Shown one piece after another: positions 28,864-32,000 of a DNA stretch of 32,000 bases. The DNA comes from Aliivibrio fischeri ES114. GTDB lineage: Bacteria > Pseudomonadota > Gammaproteobacteria > Enterobacterales > Vibrionaceae. The notes beneath the pieces are model-generated. The model saw only the letters and a list, made by a program, of their open reading frames with translations, searched no databases and had not been told where the DNA came from. Where the stretch lies: assembly GCF_000011805.1 (NCBI RefSeq), contig NC_006841.2; one strand, given 5' to 3'. A program made the position numbers and the translations under genes. Position 1 is the stretch's first letter. The number at the start of each line of letters is the position of its first letter.

Positions 28864-30978
28864 TTAACTTACCGCTCTTACCTTTCCTGTTTTCAACTCA
28901 TTTAATACTTGTTCTTTTGGTCCATCAGTAATTATATGACCCTTCTCCATTACTATAAGTCGATCTACAACATCTAACATCGATGTTTTATGAGTAATTA
29001 AAACTAACGTTTCAGCAGGCTTTAAGTGTGAAAGCTGATTCTTAAACAGCATCTCTGTACGATTATCCATGCAGCTTGTTGGCTCATCTAACAACAGTAC
29101 AGGTGGTCGACCAATTAACGCTCGCGCAATAGCAACAGACTGACGTTGCCCACCAGATAATAATAAACCACCTTCACCAACTTGACGTTCTAATCCAGCG
29201 GGGTCTTGCTGTGTGAAAGCAGTAACACCTGCACGATTAGCCGCATCCATCACCTCTGCATCATCAGAGAGCTCGCGTCCAAGTACAATATTCTCTCGGA
29301 TAGAACCATAAAAGAGTGTTATATCTTGAGGTACACAGCCTATATTACGTCTCACATCAACATGGTGTAATTGTGAGATGTCGGTATCATCAATACGAAC
29401 AGAACCTGCTGTAGGCTTATACAGGCCCATAATAAGGCGTTCTAATGTGGTTTTTCCTGATCCAATACGACCAATAATTGCAACTTTCTCACCTGGATTA
29501 ATCGTTAAGCTAATATCACGTACCGCAGCCACTTCTGCTTCAGGGTAATTAAAGCTGACTTTATCTAATTCAATTTTGCCTTGTAAAATAGGGCGATGAA
29601 TATATCGCTTCTCTTCTTCCTGTTCATCAGGCATTGCCATTAATTCTTCAATAATCGTCATTGATGATTTTGCTTGATTATAACGACTTGATAGTAGGGA
29701 TATTTGAACCAAAGGGCCGATAGCTTTACCACTTAACATTGTTGATGCGATTAGGCCTCCCATGGTTAGATCACCATTAGAAATAAGATAAACACCAACA
29801 ATAATCATCCCTATGTTTACGGCCTGTTGAACAAAACCAGCCATATTTTGAATCGAATCAGTAATTCTTCGGCTTTTAATGCTCCAATTAGAAATATGTG
29901 TAACCGCTTCTTCCCAACGATACTGGTACTGGCTTTGTGCATTAAATATCTTTAACGTTTCTAAACCCACTAAACTTTCAATTAAGTTCGCATACTTTTG
30001 CGAGGACAAACGAGAACCTTCTTCAATCGTTTTCTTTAAAGGTCCTTGAATGATAGCGGCATGAATCAACAGCAATGTAATACCGACGACAGGAACTAAT
30101 ACAATAGGTCCTGCAATAAGATAAATAATAAATAAGAATAAAAGAGCAAAAGGTAAATCAATCAATGATGCAATCGTTGCAGAAGTAAAGAAATCACGAA
30201 TAGACTCAAATTCTTGTAAATGCCTTGCAAATGCACCAACAGAAGCAGGTTTTGCTTCCATTCGAATACCCAGTACTTTTTGAAACAGCTTTGATGAAAT
30301 TAATACATCTGATTTTTTACCTGCTACATCAATAAAGTAGCCTCTTAAGTATTTCAAAATAAAATCAAATACAAAGACCACAAAAATACCAGAAGCCAAT
30401 ACCCATAAAGATTCGAATGCTAAATTAGGTACAACTTTATCGTACACCAGACGGGTAAACATAGGTGTAGCGATTGCAAATATATTAATCAAAATAGAAG
30501 CAATAAATACATCTCGATAAATATGCTTCGATTCAAACAAAGTGCTCCAAAACCAATGACCTTCACGCTTTTTTAAAATCTCAGGTGAACGATCGTCATA
30601 TCTGAACTGTTTTTTTAGTAAGATATACCTACCAATGTATTGAGCTTCTAAGTCTTCAACGGAAATAGATATAGGTAACATGTCCGAACTTAATGTAATA
30701 ATTTCAGCTTCTTTTCGCTCAGCATCAAACCCAATTAAAACACACGACTCTCCACCCTTTAGCAATAAAACAACAGGTAAAATAAGTTGAGGAATAGAAA
30801 GTAACTCACCTTGGTTTTCTTTTGCTACTAAACCAGCTCTTTCTGCAGCACGAGAAAACAAAAATGGCGTTAACTTACCATCTTGTAATGGCAATCCATT
30901 AATCAATGCTTCTGGTGAATTTATTTGTCCGTAGTAACGACTAACATAACAAAGTGAATGTAATAATGAATCCTTCAT
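28864..30978 (-). CDS. lapB: Type I secretion ABC transporter/permease, LapB-like, with degenerate C39-like domain
   Basis: Walker A GRIGSGKTT, signature LLSGGQRQ, Walker B VLLLDEPTS, ABC TM domain. The supplied ORF extends to 31032, but the MKDSLLHSLCYVSRYYG start at 30978 fits the family and is 1 nt from the upstream stop. Confidence 0.9.
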   Translation of the reverse strand: MKDSLLHSLCYVSRYYGQINSPEALINGLPLQDGKLTPFLFSRAAERAGLVAKENQGELLSIPQLILPVVLLLKGGESCVLIGFDAERKEAEIITLSSDMLPISISVEDLEAQYIGRYILLKKQFRYDDRSPEILKKREGHWFWSTLFESKHIYRDVFIASILINIFAIATPMFTRLVYDKVVPNLAFESLWVLASGIFVVFVFDFILKYLRGYFIDVAGKKSDVLISSKLFQKVLGIRMEAKPASVGAFARHLQEFESIRDFFTSATIASLIDLPFALLFLFIIYLIAGPIVLVPVVGITLLLIHAAIIQGPLKKTIEEGSRLSSQKYANLIESLVGLETLKIFNAQSQYQYRWEEAVTHISNWSIKSRRITDSIQNMAGFVQQAVNIGMIIVGVYLISNGDLTMGGLIASTMLSGKAIGPLVQISLLSSRYNQAKSSMTIIEELMAMPDEQEEEKRYIHRPILQGKIELDKVSFNYPEAEVAAVRDISLTINPGEKVAIIGRIGSGKTTLERLIMGLYKPTAGSVRIDDTDISQLHHVDVRRNIGCVPQDITLFYGSIRENIVLGRELSDDAEVMDAANRAGVTAFTQQDPAGLERQVGEGGLLLSGGQRQSVAIARALIGRPPVLLLDEPTSCMDNRTEMLFKNQLSHLKPAETLVLITHKTSMLDVVDRLIVMEKGHIITDGPKEQVLNELKTGKVRAVS

Positions 30979-30979
30979 A

Positions 30980-32000
30980 TTAAATGCCTTCCACTTTTTC
31001 ATTAATAAAGAAACCTTGGAATACATCAACATTATGCTCTGCTAGTAAATCCAATTGTTCTTTGTTTTCAACGCGTGATGCGATTGTTGTAATACCAAGG
31101 TTTTGTGCTGTTCTTGATATAGAAGCTAAAATATAGCGCTGTTTTTCATCATCTAACTGATGGGTAAAAAGATAATCAAGTTTTACATAATTAGGACGGA
31201 ATAATTTAATATACTCTAAAGATTCAAAATTACGTCCAAAATTATCAACGCCAAATTCAGCACCAGAAGAGCGAATTACATTACATAATAATGCCGTATG
31301 ATCTTCATTCTCAATGAATGCACTCTCTTGAATTTCAAAATGGAATAATGGTGCAATAGATTTATGTTTCTTCAGTGTCGTAGTTAACCAACGAACAAAG
31401 CTTGGGTTATCCACACTTCGATTTGATAAGTTAATCGCAACAGGTTGTGTTATTTCCCCTGATGAAACTCTTTCTATCATGGTTCTAATAACAAATTGAT
31501 CAAAGTAAGTCGTTTCATTCAGTTGTTCTAATGCAAATAAATACTGATTAGCAGAGTAACGTTGCTCATCTTTTTCTATCGCCGAAAAAACTTCTTGATG
31601 AAAAACAGTTCCGTTAGGAGTTGTGGCAAGCTGCAACGTAAATTGGAATAAGTGCTCATTAATAGCTTCATCAACAAACGCTTTCCATTGTTGTTTACCC
31701 ATCAATTCATGCTCACTTTCATCAGCAATAAAACCAAAAGGCATTTGAGGATTTGAATGGGCTAATGTTAATGCATTATCAGCAAGTGATAATATTTCAG
31801 TTGTCGTTTTCCTTGTTTCATTAAATACAACGCCAAGCTCAGCATCAATAGGCGCGGTTGCTGTTGGATCACCTTTAATATCTTGGGTATAAACCACAAT
31901 ATTTTCAGCAGCTAGTTTTAACTCATCTTCTTCAATATTTGGAAAAATAAAACCAAATTCAGAAGAGTTAATACGAGTCAGAATGACATTAGATGCAGGA
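30980..32000 (-). CDS. lapD: LapD-like degenerate GGDEF-EAL c-di-GMP effector, C-terminal portion (5' end beyond window)
   Basis: The supplied ORF starts at an internal GTG (31897), but the frame is open to 32000 and encodes PASNVILTRINSSEFGFIFPNIEEDELKLAAENI (degenerate GGDEF). The EAL domain is also degenerate (HQEVFSAI, GVDNFGRN, VKLDYL). Confidence 0.85.
   Translation of the reverse strand, partial: PASNVILTRINSSEFGFIFPNIEEDELKLAAENIVVYTQDIKGDPTATAPIDAELGVVFNETRKTTTEILSLADNALTLAHSNPQMPFGFIADESEHELMGKQQWKAFVDEAINEHLFQFTLQLATTPNGTVFHQEVFSAIEKDEQRYSANQYLFALEQLNETTYFDQFVIRTMIERVSSGEITQPVAINLSNRSVDNPSFVRWLTTTLKKHKSIAPLFHFEIQESAFIENEDHTALLCNVIRSSGAEFGVDNFGRNFESLEYIKLFRPNYVKLDYLFTHQLDDEKQRYILASISRTAQNLGITTIASRVENKEQLDLLAEHNVDVFQGFFINEKVEGI

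Overview
This 32 kb window is a Vibrionaceae-like chromosomal segment, probably Aliivibrio fischeri or a close relative (inference from protein sequences only). From left to right it contains: the 5' end of a Cof-type HAD hydrolase; a LysR regulator; an RND efflux operon (permease plus lipoprotein MFP); a translation-related cluster (rlmF, yibL, arfB) with a RecQ-family helicase overlapping arfB; a FapA/DUF342 protein; divergent punC/punR; and pdxH. The right half is a complete-looking part of a LapA-type giant adhesin system. It holds a 3933-aa adhesin (N-terminal retention-like module, PAAG motif, 7 cadherin/VCBS-like repeats, 15 Ig-like repeats, vWA domain, RTX repeats), a TolC-family outer-membrane protein, an OmpA-like lipoprotein, a type I secretion ABC transporter with a degenerate C39-like domain, and the 3' part of a gene for a degenerate GGDEF-EAL (LapD-like) protein that runs off the right edge. 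The best candidates for follow-up are the c-di-GMP-gated adhesin locus and its near-identical internal repeat arrays, a perfect 15-bp inverted repeat directly upstream of the efflux operon, and a perfect 19-bp T-N11-A palindrome between punC and punR. The large-adhesin/LapD/LapG paradigm is already described, including a VCBS-type LapV adhesin in V. fischeri as I recall it, so I do not claim a wholly new system. No CRISPR array, tRNA, rRNA or mobile element was recognised.
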